DNA from: Azolla caroliniana
Taxonomy: Eukaryota > Plantae > Polypodiophyta
DNA length: 64,000 bases
Direction of reading: 5' to 3'
Assembly: GCA_043228905.1 (NCBI GenBank)
Contig: JBHGNT010000016.1
Coordinates: 9,362,001-9,426,000, forward strand
Part shown: positions 1 through 11,770 of the stretch, piece after piece
Layout: each line of letters begins with the position of its first letter
How positions within the stretch are numbered: position 1 is the stretch's first letter
Notes under the pieces: model-generated
Databases searched by the model: none
What the model was told of the DNA's origin: nothing
What the model saw: the letters and a program-made list of their open reading frames with translations, nothing else
Position numbers and translations under genes: made by a program

Positions 1-3000
1 GAACACGATAATGGCGGAAGTCTAGCATGTTACAACCCGCAACAAGGCGAAAAACAGTGACTGGGCAGAGCAAGACAAGATCCGCAAAGCTGTAAAAGCC
101 TAGGTAGAGAAGGAAAATGAAGCCAACATGGAACACATGCGACAAGAGTTCGGCCACACTGCCACACATATGCAAGACACGGTATTGGCGCCAGATCCTA
201 TATGGCAAGCATTGGCCGATTGTGAAATTGAGCTAACCATAGACAAACTATTAAGTCTTGTCTCTTGATTCCACTAGACCGTGGAAAACCAAATATAGGG
301 CATAGACAGAATAGAGATTTTGGCCAATTATACAGAGTCTAGCACAGGCCCAACCGTGGTTGATCACCACAATCCAGCCATCAAGGTGGTGCCGCAAGGG
401 TAGGAAATCGTGGGCCACATTATCGACGAAGGCTCTGGGGTCAATGTGATCAGTAAAGCCACATGTTTCCGCCTCGGGATTACGGAATGGGAAGCATGCC
501 CATTTTGGCTCCGAATGGTGGACACCCGTTCTATCAGACCATTGGGGTTAGTCCGGAAGTTAAGAATTGTAATCGACGGCCATACCTTGGAAATTGCCAC
601 CGTAATTTTGGCTCTGGACGCGCCAGGGACGTATCCTATCTTGTTAGGATGACCATGGTTATGCTCCGCCAATATCAAGCAAAATTAGCAGTTCAACTAC
701 ATTAGCTTCCGACGAGGGCGGGCCAAGATCCGAGTGCCAACGCAAGAATTCACCTCACCCACGAAAGCAATAACACCATTATACGTGGAAGAAATTAACA
801 TGTTGGAAAGGCTGGAGGATACGGAACTTGAAGCATACCTAGACGAAAATCCGCGGATAGTACCGTTGTTCGAGATAGACATCCTCGAAACCGCTAACGA
901 GTACATACCAATGATTGTGTCAAATGGAGAAGAGTACGAACCAGACCCTAAATCGGTGTTGGACCTCCGCAAAGCACCAGAGGCATTCGAGAAGGAGATG
1001 GAGATTTCGCAAAGAGTCATAACGTCGACTATGGAAAACATCAATGTAGGATCAGTCGAGGCACCAGGCTACTATCGATTGCAAAGGACATGACGCCCAC
1101 CGAAAAATTCGCAATGACAGACTTATTACGGGATTTTAAAGATGTCTTTGCATGGTCACATGAAGACATGAAGGGGCTAGACCCAAAATTCTACCAACAC
1201 AAAATTAACTTGGCCACGGATGCAAAACCGGTTCAGGACAGACGCTATCGAATGAACCCGAACTATGCGGCACACATAAAGAGGAAATCGACAATTTCTT
1301 GAAAGTTAGGTTTATTCGACCAGTAAAGCAAGCTACATGGCTTAGCCCAATAGTAGTAGTACCAAAGAAAATGGCAAAATCTGAGTGTGTGTTGACTACC
1401 GCAAGTTAAATGTTGTCACAATCACTGACGCATTCCCCTTGCCATTCACGGATAGCGTATTAGACGTGGTCATAGGCATGACATGTACAATTTCCTCGAT
1501 GGGTTTAGTGGGTATAACCAAATACGCATGCACCCGGAAGATCAAGAGAAAACTGCTTTCGTAACCGAATGGGGCGTGTTTGTGGTTGTGGTAATGATGT
1601 TCGGATTTAAGACCGCTCTAGCAACGTTCCAACGTATCATTCCCGTGATTTTTGGCAACTTCATTCGAGCGTTCGTGCTTTGCGACTTAGCCTCAATCCG
1701 GCCAAATGTGCGTTCGGAGTTACCGACGGAGTCCTTCTCGGCCATATAGTGAGCAAAGACGGTATTGCGGTGGATCCCGATAAAAACCATAGCCATAGTC
1801 GAGGCAAAGGCACCTAGCAATGCAAAGGCCCTTAGCCATTTTTTGGGGCAAATTCATTGGCACAGCCATATACTCCGTTATCTGGCGGATTTGGCAACAC
1901 CGTTACACACTTCGATACACCGCACACCATTTAGATGAACCGCAACAGAAGATAAGGCGTACGAAGCACTAAAAGTGATTCTTACACAAGCACTTGTAGT
2001 ACAACCTCTAGATTGGTCAAAACCATTCCACGTATTTGTCGATGCTTCCGACATAGCCATCGGTAACGCACTTATGCAGCTCATCGAGCCCAACTGGTAA
2101 CGACCGGTATACTATTCCAATCACAAATTGGCAGACGCCGAACGGAACTACTCAACAATCGAACACGAAGCTTTGGCAATGATCTACAACGTCAACAAAT
2201 TCCGACATTATCTATTAGGTCGAAAATTCACTTTTCATGTGGATCACGCCACATTAATGTACGTAGTCGCAAAACAATCATTAACTGAGAAATTAGCCCG
2301 ATGGATGCTGCTATTACAAGAATTCGAATTCGAGATCCAGCATCGACCAGGGACACAACATGCAGTAGCGGATGACATAGTAGCAGGGCACAACGATTTT
2401 CCGGATGCCGAAATCCTGCATATTACGACAGACAAGGCAAAAGACGGCAAGCACTACCCGAATAGATGACTGATGGAAATGACTTACTTCTTAAGTACAA
2501 GGCTACCACCACTGCAGCTAGAAAGGACGAAAAGAAATGACTCGCAGTTAGGAGCCGAAACTTTTGTCTAGTAGAAGCAATATTATACCATAAGGGAAAC
2601 GATGACATCTGGTGATGGGGCGTACGACAGGATGGAAAGGACGCAGTATTACGAGAGGCTCATTGCGGCACAACAGGAGGGCACTATGTGGAGGATGTAA
2701 TGGCCAGAAAAGTATGGCAAGCAGGTCTATGGTGGCCAACAACACAAAGGGATGTCTACGCATATTGTAAAGAATGCGACCTTTGCTAGTGAATGGGCCA
2801 ACCTACGGAGCTAGCACGGATACCCCATCCACAGGTGCTTTTGCTCGAGCCTTTCCAGAAATGGGGCCTTGATTTCTTCATACCCTTTACTCTAGTAGCG
2901 GCTTGTTCGGGAAACAAATATATCCTAGTGGCCACGGATTATTGTATGAAATGGGTGGAGGCAAAAGCATTGCACGACAATATCGCGGCCTCCACGGCCA

Positions 3001-3465
3001 AATTCTTGTATGAGCATATTTGGTGCCGATTTGGTTGCCCTATCTAGCTCATCAGTGATCAAGGAAGCCATTTTCTGAATACGGTCATATACGATCAAGG
3101 CAAGCCTGCCGGAGAGACAGTTGGAGCAAATCCGTTTGCAACAACTACTCAAATTGGAGGAAGCCAAGGTCCACACCATGGTGATTTTGGAGCACAAGCA
3201 GCGGAGGCGGAAGCCATTCGTGGACCGGCACAGAGACACCAATGAGAAGCAATTTAAGATTGGAAAAGCATTCCTAGTATTCCAAACATGCATGGGGCAG
3301 ATGTCGAGAAAAATGTGTTTCCGATGGACAGGGTCGTACTGGATAATAGGAGCCAAAAACGGGACATTCGAACTGGGTACCCTTATAGGGGAAGTTGTGC
3401 GTCAACGGGTTTTGACTAAAGCTGTATTGGGGACCCACTCCGCCAAACCCTTTTCATGTCGATGA
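1..3465 (+). pseudogene. Degenerate gag end/pol of Gypsy A (protease, RT, RNase H, integrase)
   Basis: IIDEGSGVNVI protease; FLDGFSGYNQI RT; FHVFVDASD and AERNYSTIEHEAL RNase H; FQKWGLDF and KWVEAKAL integrase; many stops/frameshifts and an integrase deletion near 3090. Confidence 0.92.
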
Positions 3466-3537
3466 AGATAATCGGGCCGTGTTCTCGACGGAGGCAGAGC
3501 AGAACTGTCACTAATTAGGGCCCATTTGGGAGTATGT

Positions 3538-4523
3538 TGTTGGGAGACAGGTCCCTCCGGATGGGAAGAAGAAACGGTATGATGAGTACCCGGCTACGGA
3601 GAGCCAGATGATACAGGCCTGGTATGAACCGGATGAGGAGTACCCGGCTACGGAGAGCCGGATGGTGCAGGCCTGGTATGAACCGGATGAGGAGTACTCG
3701 GCTACGGAGAGCCAGATGGTGCAGGCCCGGTATGAACCGGATGAGGAGTACCCGGCTATGGAGAGTCGGATGGTGCAGGCCCGATACGAACCGGATGAGG
3801 AGTACCCGGCTATGGAGAGCCGGATGGTGCAGGCCCGATACGAACCGGGCTATGGAGAGCCGGATGGTGCAGGCCCGATATGAACCGGATGAGGAGTACC
3901 CGGCTACGGAGAGCCGGATGGTGCAGGCCCGGTATGAACCAGATGAGAAGTACCCGGCTACGGAGAGCCGGATGGTGCAGGCCCGATATGAACCGGATGA
4001 GGAGTACCCGGCTACGGAGAGCCGGATGGTACAGACCCGGTGAGAACCGGATGAAGAGACATATTCATAAATATGTTTCTGAGAGCCCATCGAGGCTACA
4101 TTTGTAAATAGCCGAAAAGTCATATTAGTATAAATATGACTTAGGGCAAACTTTTAAGGAGTAGTTATTATTCTTCCTTGTTGGTGCAAGAAGAAGAGAG
4201 AGTGCGTAACTGTACAGAGAGAGAGAGAGAGAGAAGAGGTCGTTGCCTCTGTTGTAACCGCCGCCTGTGGTGAAGAGCGTGAGTCCGAGGTCGTTGCCTC
4301 CGAGAACTCACTGTTTTGTACATTCATACATAGTGACAGTTTGCAGCCTGTGGGTTTCCATGGTTTTTCCTCCAGTTTGGGGTTTTCCACGTTAACCTCT
4401 TGTGTAGTGTGTGTGTGTATCTTCCTCTCCTTTGTATCGTGTTGTATTTCCCGTTTTTCTGTGTATGAAAAGAATCTCGGTTGTGGCCGAGCGTTGCGCA
4501 TAAGGAACGTCCAGTTCACGTCA
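3538..4523 (+). mobile_element. Solo LTR of Copia-1-related family
   Basis: TGTTGGG...CGTCA flanked by 5-bp TSD TATGT (3533-3537, 4524-4528); similar to LTR 9785-10636 (GGTCCCTCCGGATGGG start, TATAAATATGACTTAGGGCAAA, CTCGGTTGTGGCCGAG). Confidence 0.93.
3578..4056 (+). repeat. 54-bp tandem array (~8-9 units) in U3 of the solo LTR
   Basis: Unit GAACCGGATGAGGAGTACCCGGCTACGGAGAGCCGGATGGTGCAGGCCCGGTAT; one unit internally deleted near 3848. Confidence 0.92.
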
Positions 4524-4655
4524 TATGTAACATTAATGTACTTTAAAGCCAACCTTAACTATTAAAGAAAAACAAAAGAGAGGGAGATTCATGACTATTA
4601 AAGAGACCACATCCACACACACTTTTCAAAGAAAGATAAAACACGCGTCCACACA

Positions 4656-5110
4656 ATGATTCGCAGACTCTTGAAACCTAACTTATCATCTTCACAAAAA
4701 GAAGACAAAAGCCATTTCTCTGCACATCGGAGAAAACCTTCCCAAACTCCATGCTCTCCTCGCGCCCCACACCCACCTCGCCACCATAGAAGAATAGGCT
4801 TGCGATCTTTGCCCCAGAGTCGCTGCCCGGGCTCATCACGACAGGAAGACATGCCGATCTATATCTTCCCGGCTTTGCGGCGATGGCTACACGACAAGGG
4901 ACTCGAAGGCTACATCCGGGTAGTAGAAGCTCCACCACACCCGGAAGCCCAGGAGGTGGCAAGAAAACTCAACGTCAACACCGTCACAAACGCCAGTATT
5001 AGGAAGACTCTAGGCCTGTCTGGAACTGGCGAATGCCACTTCGAAATCCCTCTAGGAGGAGTCCTCGAACAATACTTCGGGGAATATTCGACCTCCGCAA
5101 AGGCATACAG
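4656..5110 (+). pseudogene. Extra 3' ORF of Gypsy A, piece 1
   Basis: LRRWL...LEGY...YFGEYSTSAKAY; homologous to the ORFs at 16679(+) and 43385(-); cut by Copia-1. Confidence 0.85.
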
Positions 5111-5673
5111 TGATCCGGATGATGAAGAGTACCCGGCATGAAGCCGGATGAAGAGTACCCGGATACGGATCCGGATGATGAAGACCCCGGCTACGGAGCC
5201 GGATGACGAATGTACCCGGAGAGAGATCCGGATGCAGGGACATATTTGTGAATATGTTTGCTAAGAGCCCTTGAGGCTATATTTGTAAATATCCCGAAAG
5301 TCATATATGTATAAATATGACTTAGGGCAAACAGTTGTTACTGTTGTTGTTGCTTATTTTTCATGAGAAGTGAGAGCAGCCGAGAGAGAGAGAGATAGAA
5401 ACGAAGAGGTCGACGCCTCTGTGTAATACCGCCGCCTGTGGCGAGGACAGCGTGCTCAAGGTCGTCGCCTTGCAGCTCGCCATTGTATATTCCAGTGTAT
5501 ACTGATAGTTGGAGTCGTGCACTCCCGTGGTTTTTCCCGTTTAGGGTTTTCCACGTTATACCCTGTGTATTCGTCTCTCTGTGTCTTTTCCCATTTTCTG
5601 CTGTATTGATCCGCGTTGTCTCGGTTGTGGCCGAGAGGCGAAAGGGTTTGATAGCGTCAAAATCCCTTCAATC

Positions 5674-5685
5674 TGGTATCAGAGC
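5674..5685 (+). other. PBS for initiator tRNA-Met (Copia-1)
   Basis: TGGTATCAGAGC 3 nt after the 5' LTR end. Confidence 0.95.
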
Positions 5686-5700
5686 ACGGTAACACAGAAA

Positions 5701-8700
5701 ATGGAAGGCGGCAGTAGTGGGCCTCCGGGCATGATGGTGCTGAATGCGCAGAACTACGCCGACTGGAAGATCAAGATGGAGGATCTTCTGATTGTTCGGG
5801 ACCTGTACGAACCGATTGACAGGTCGGAAATACCGAAGGGGGTACTTGAGACGGAATGGAGGCTTCTGAACCGGAAAGCCGTAGCGACGATCCGGCAATA
5901 TGTCGATGTAAGCGTCCTACAACATGTGGCGAACGACACCAACGCATACGAGATGTGGAAGAAGCTGTCGGGCCTCTACGAGAGGAAGAATGCGTTGAAC
6001 CGGACCTCCCTGATGAGGAAGATAGTGAACCTCAAGTACCGGGACGGCGAGAGTATGGTGGAACACGTAAGCACGTTCATGGGATTCGTGAACCAGCTTG
6101 CGGCGATCAAGTTCCCGTTGGAGGATGCAATGCAAGCCATCATTCTGATGTGTACATTGCCGGAAAGCTGGGAGAACTTGGTGGTGACTCTCAGCACCTC
6201 CTGCACCGAAGATAACTTGTCTCTACAAACGGTAAAGACAAGTATTCTAAATGAAGAAGCGCGTCGGAGAGATAAGGAACCGGCCTCCGACTCGAAGGCG
6301 CTGCTTACCGAATTGGAACGGGGAAGACAATGGAACCGGAGTCCACAAAGACGGGAGAAGTCGGGGACCCGGTCGCAGTCAAGAGGAAGGCCCACATGCT
6401 TCCACTGTGGGAAGCCGGGGCACTTCCGGAAGAATTGTCGGCATTACCGAAAGGACAACGGAGCCGACGACACCGATTCGAAGAAGTCACCGGAGCGAAA
6501 CGGTGCATACCGGGGAGCCACGGACCGGAGAGGTTCGGATCGGCGAGGGCAGGACCGAAAAGGAACGACGGCACTCGCGGCAAGTGAAGAGGAGATCATG
6601 CTCATTACCGAAGAGAGGGAGCTGAACCTTGCCGGAGAAGAGATGACCTGGGTGGTCGATTCCGGAGCGTCGTTCCACCTGACCCCGGAGAAGAAATACT
6701 TCTCATCCTACACAGCCGGTGAGCATGGCTGTGTCCGGATGGGAAATGAAGGTACGTGCCGGATTGCCGGCATAGGAGACGTGTGGCTGATGACATCAAC
6801 CGGATGCAAAATGCTGCTGAAGGATGTCCGACACGTTCCGGAGGTTCGATTGAACCTGATTTCGGCCGGGAGGCTAGATGATGAAGGCTACACGGGTAGC
6901 ATCCGGAACGGCGTAATGAAGTTCAGCAAGGGGAGCCTGATAGTGGCTCGGGCCCGGAAAGTTAACACGTTATACCTGATGAATTCCCGGCTATGTCCGG
7001 AGGAGCTGAACGTGGCAGCCGACACTGCCGGTGAGCTGTGGCACAAGAGACTGTGCCACATGAGTGAGAAGGGGATGAAGAGGCTTGCAGAAGACAACCT
7101 CATTCCAGTGAAGCATGTGCACCTGGAGAAGTGCACCGATTGCCTGGCCGGTAAGCAGAACCGAGCCTCCTTCCACTCAAGGCCACCGACGAGACGTAGT
7201 GCACCATTGGAGTTGGTGCACACTGATGTGTGTCAAGTGGAAACGAAGTCACATGGCGGAGCCCAGTACTTCGTAACATTCATTGATGACCACAGCCGGA
7301 AGCTGTGGACGGCACCGTTGAAGACAAAGGATCAAGTATTGTCCGTCTTCAAAGATCTCCACGCAAGAGTGGAAAGAGAATCCGGCAAGAAGCTGAAAGC
7401 TATACGAGCGGATAACGGAGGGGAATACCGGGGGAAGTTCTAGGAGTACTGTCGCTCGAAGGGAATCCGACTCGAGTTTACTGTGCCGAAGACGCCGGAA
7501 CTGAACGGGCTGGCCGAGAGGATGAACCGGACCATAATGGAGAGGGTCCGGAGTATGCTGGCGCATGCAAAATTACCCAAGGGGTTTTGGGCTGAGGCAA
7601 TGTCGACGGCGACATACGTGATAAACAGATCACCCTCAGTACCTTTGGACGGAGACACGCCGCAGAAAGTGTGGACCGGTAAGGAAGTGTCCTACCGGCA
7701 TCTGAAGGTGTTCGGGTGTCTCGCATATGTGCATGTGGCAAAGGACCGGAGAGGAAAGCTAGATCCAAAGACCCGGCCATGCATATTCCTCGGTTACGGC
7801 GACGACGAGTTCGGCTACCGAGTATGGGACCCGGTCGACAAGAAGATATTCAGGAGTCGAGATATCATCTTCATGGAGGACAAGACGCTCGCCGACTGGG
7901 AGTCGGAGAAGAAGATGAAGAGCTCCAAGTCGACCGGTGAGGATAAACTCTACGAGGAGCAGTCCCGACCGGCAAGGGACCGGTTAACACTCGAAGACCC
8001 GGCCGAAGACGGTGAAGAAACAGAACCGGCCGAAGAAGATGAAAATGATACCGGAACCGGCCCCGATCCCGAAATGGATTCGGATGAAGAAGAATCGGAA
8101 GAACCGGTTACCGAAGCCCCGGAAAGGAGATATCCTCTAAGAGAGAGAAGGGCCCCCCGGAGATTTCCGGAACCAGAGCACGTGCTGCTAACCGACGAGG
8201 GGGAGCCGGAGAGCTTTGAAGAAGCAAAGCACGACACCCAGAGCCGCAGGTGGTTAAGTGCCATGCAGGAGGAGATGGATTCCCTGCATGAGAACCACAC
8301 ATATGAACTTGTGGAGTTGCCGAAAGGAAAGCGGGCACTTCGAAACAAGTGGGTGTTCAAGCTGAAACCGGGAGATGCCGGAAACTCCCCGAGATACAAA
8401 GCCAGGATCGTGGTGAAGGGGTTCCAGCAGAAGAAGGGCGTCGACTTCGACGAGATATTTGCCCCGGTAGTGAAGATGACCTCCATCCGGACGGTGCTGA
8501 GCATAGCGGCAAGCATGGACCTCGAGGTAGAACAGATGGACGTGAAGACGGCATTCCTTCACGGTGACCTCGAGGAAGAGATCTACATGCAGCAACCGGA
8601 AGGATTCGAGAAGAAAGGGAAGGAGCACCTGGTATGCCGGTTGAAGAAGAGCCTTTACGGTTTGAAGCAGGCTCCCCGGCAGTGGTACCGGAAGTTCGAC

Positions 8701-9774
8701 TCCTTCATGACCGACGAAGGGTACCACAAGACGCAGTCCGATCACTGCGTGTTTGTGAAGAAGTTTGACGGAGGAGACTCTCTAATACTCCTCCTATACG
8801 TGGACGACATGTTGATCGTCGGACGGGACCAGGTCAAGATACGGATGCTGAAGAAGGCTCTTCACCGAACCTTCTCAATGAAGGACTTGGGTCCGGCGAG
8901 GCAAATACTAGGGATGCACATCATCCGGGACCGGAAGAAGAAGCAGTTGTGGCTGTCACAGGAGAAGTACGTGACAAAGGTGCTTCAACGGTTCAACATG
9001 TCGGAAGCAAGACCGGTCGGATCGACCCTCCCGGCAAACTGCAAGCTGTCCAGCAAGCAAAGTCCCAAGACAAAGGCTGAAAAGGAGGATATGATGAAAG
9101 TGCCGTATGCCTCAGCCGTCGGGAGCTTGATGTACGCCATGGTGTGTACGAGACCGGACATAGGATATGCAGTCGGAGTGGTGGGCCGGTACATGAGCAA
9201 TCCCGGCAAAGAGCATTGGAACGCGGTCAAGTGGATACTCCGATACCTGAAGGGCACGGCAAACGTGTGCCTCCGATTCGGCTCCGGTAAGCCCCAACTC
9301 GACGGCTTCACCGATTCGGATATGTCGGCTGATGCAGATACCAGCCGGTCCACATCAGGGTATGTGATGACCTATGCAGGGGGAGCCGTTTCGTGGCAGT
9401 CGAGGCTGCAGAAGACGGTTGCGTTGTCAACCACGGAGGCGGAGTACATGGCAGCTGTTGAAGCCGGCAAGGAAATAATATGGATGAAGGACTTCATTAG
9501 AGAGCTCGGTATCCAACAGGAGGAGTACCGACTCTACTGCGACAGTCAGAGTGCCATCCACCTTGCGAAGAACGCGGCCTACCATTCCCGGACAAAACAC
9601 ATCCAGCGTAGATACCACTGGATCCGGGAGAGGATAGAAGACGAGGAGTTCGTGCTGACGAAGATCCACACGGACGAGAACGGGTCGGATATGCTGACCA
9701 AGGTGCTCACACCCGACAAGCTGGAAGCATGCCGGAAGAGGATCGGATTGGAGAGACATCCCATGCCGAAGTGA
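5701..9774 (+). CDS. Copia gag-pol polyprotein with one in-frame TAG at 7441-7443
   Basis: CFHCGKPGHFRKNC knuckle; WVVDSGAS protease; LWHKRLCH and VHTDV/DNGGEY integrase; LLYVDDML RT; GFTDSD RNase H; both track ORFs are in the same frame. Confidence 0.95.
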
Positions 9775-9852
9775 AGGGGGAGTTTGTTGGGATTACGGTC
9801 CCTCCGGATGGGATGTCCGGAGATGAATGACGGCAAGCCCGGTTGCGGTTAC

Positions 9853-10150
9853 GGAACCGGATGATGAAGAGTACCCGGCATGAAGCCGGATGAAGAGTAC
9901 CCGGATGCGGATCCGGATGATGAAGAGTACCCGGCATGAAGCCGGATGAAGAGTACCCGGATACGGATCCGGATGATGAAGAGTACCCGGCATGAAGCCG
10001 GATGAAGAGTACCCGGATGCGGATCCGGATGATGAAGAGTACCCGGCATGAAGCCGGATGAAGAGTACCCGGATACGGATCCGGATGATGAAGAGTACCC
10101 GGCATGAAGCCGGATGAAGAGTACCCGGATACGGATCCGGATGATGAAGA
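9853..10150 (+). repeat. 56-bp tandem array (~5 units) in U3 of the Copia-1 3' LTR
   Basis: GGATCC recurs at 9909, 9965, 10021, 10077, 10133. Confidence 0.93.
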
Positions 10151-10641
10151 CCCCGGCTACGGAGCCGGATGACGAATGTACCCGGAGAGAGATCCGGATG
10201 CAGGGACATATTTGTGAATATGTTTGCTAAGAGCCCTTGAGGCTATATTTGTAAATATCCCGAAAGTCATATATGTATAAATATGACTTAGGGCAAACAG
10301 TTGTTACTGTTGTTGTTGCTTATTTTTCATGAGAAGTGAGAGCAGCCGAGAGAGAGAGAGATAGAAACGAAGAGGTCGACGCCTCTGTGTAATACCGCCG
10401 CCTGTGGCGAGGACAGCGTGCTCAAGGTCGTCGCCTTGCAGCTCGCCATTGTATATTCCAGTGTATAGTGATAGTTGGAGTCGTGCACTCCCGTGGTTTT
10501 TCCCGTTTAGGGTTTTCCACATTATACCCTGTGTATTCGTCTCTCTGTGTCTTTTCCCATTTTCTGCTGTATTGATCCGCGTTGTCTCGGTTGTGGCCGA
10601 GAGGCGAAAGGGTTTGATAGCGTCAAAATCCCTTCATACAG

Positions 10642-11239
10642 AACACGTGACATGCCTAACCCATTCTTCCGTGAAGTGGCGAAGTTTTTATTGGAAGTAG
10701 GGTGTGTACATTCTAACACTTACGGGATGCCAAAGCAAAAAGCGGGCATCGTCATCGCTACATTCGAGGGCCATGCTATTGACTGGGTAGTCATCACGGG
10801 GCCAGCACTGAGAGAGGGCTTGGGCATGTTTCAAGTCGGAAAAAAGTTGTGCCCTATCATCTAGCAGTTCTTAATAGTACTCTTCCCTCTTCGTGGCCTT
10901 CCCACCTCGAAATCAGCCCGCCATACAACCACGCCACAGTTAGCAAAACGAAGATTGGATGAACTCACGAAGACGGAATGGGAGGAAGAAGAGAATCCAT
11001 GCGGAACGGATACCGCCCTGTCACAGGACAACTAACAAACGATCTGTGCCCACCCTATCGAAACACAACCGACGGAGTCCCAGGTGGAGCAAGAGACGAC
11101 ACCCGGGAGACAGAGACCCAAGCGCCGAAGGTTGGACAGGAAAGACAGTCGCGGGCTAGTTAATGACACAACCCCAAGAGTCGAAAACCCCTCCACCATA
11201 GAGGCCACCACGACAGTGGAGTTGTTTTCCAAACCTCGG
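10642..11239 (+). pseudogene. Extra 3' ORF of Gypsy A, piece 2
   Basis: Resumes in register after the TSD: FFREVAKFLLEVGCV...PKQKAG...FEG...DW, matching the B/C ORFs. Confidence 0.85.
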
Positions 11240-11727
11240 TGTTACCCCAGCAAAGTGGGGAAGCGTCGGAGTCGGAGTCGAAGTTGAAGTCGGATTGAAG
11301 AAGAGGATCGATGAGTCATCATTTTGGCTAAATAATATTTAATACCAAAATTTATAGTTAGTTACAAGTTTTGTAGTTCTTGCCAATAAGACAATATGTA
11401 TTTCTTGATGAGGAAGTCATTCAGGTTGCCTACAAAAAGGAACCGAAACCATTGTAAAATCTATCGTTTTACTTTTAGTAATATAAGTTTAGTTGTAGGA
11501 AATCTCGGTGTACAACTGTTTATTTTCTGTTATCTATTTCCACTCTGCTACAATTGTATTACGTAAGTAACGATCTCGATGTCAGTGTAACATCGATAAG
11601 ATTATAGTAACTTAATATCTATTCGCAAAACCACACATCTTTGATAGAACGTTCAGTACAAAACGTTCGAACTGTGCTATGTGTCAGCGACCGAGTCGGT
11701 TGTAGGGCGAACAACATAGTATAAATT

Positions 11728-11740
11728 TGGCATGCTCGGT
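11728..11740 (+). other. PBS of B (tRNA-Arg-like), 11 nt from the LTR
   Basis: TGGCATGCTCGGT = TGGCACGCCCGGT with two C>T changes; matches PBS of element C. Confidence 0.75.
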
Positions 11741-11770
11741 TACATCTGCAATTAGCAAAGAACAAGTCGA

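Larger units (their letters stand above)
5111..10636 (+). mobile_element. Copia-1, young near-intact Ty1/copia element (Tnt1/Tork-like)
   Basis: TSD TACAG (5106-5110, 10637-10641); LTRs 5111-5670 and 9785-10636; PBS TGGTATCAGAGC; PPT GAAGTGAAGGGGGAG ~9768-9782. Confidence 0.97.

Noticed and set aside
3578-4056. Regular repeats as a CRISPR array or repeat-protein gene
   Set aside because: Units are contiguous with no unique spacers and lie inside a TSD-bounded LTR; the ORFs arise from a stop-free 54-bp unit
7441-7449. Programmed stop-codon readthrough
   Set aside because: The stop lies within the integrase catalytic core, not at a gag/pol boundary, and the context TAG GAG TAC is not the CARYYA signal
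11717-11727. Tf1-like self-priming via the 11-nt spacer
   Set aside because: Only an 8-nt AT-rich complement in the B LTR and none found in the C LTR
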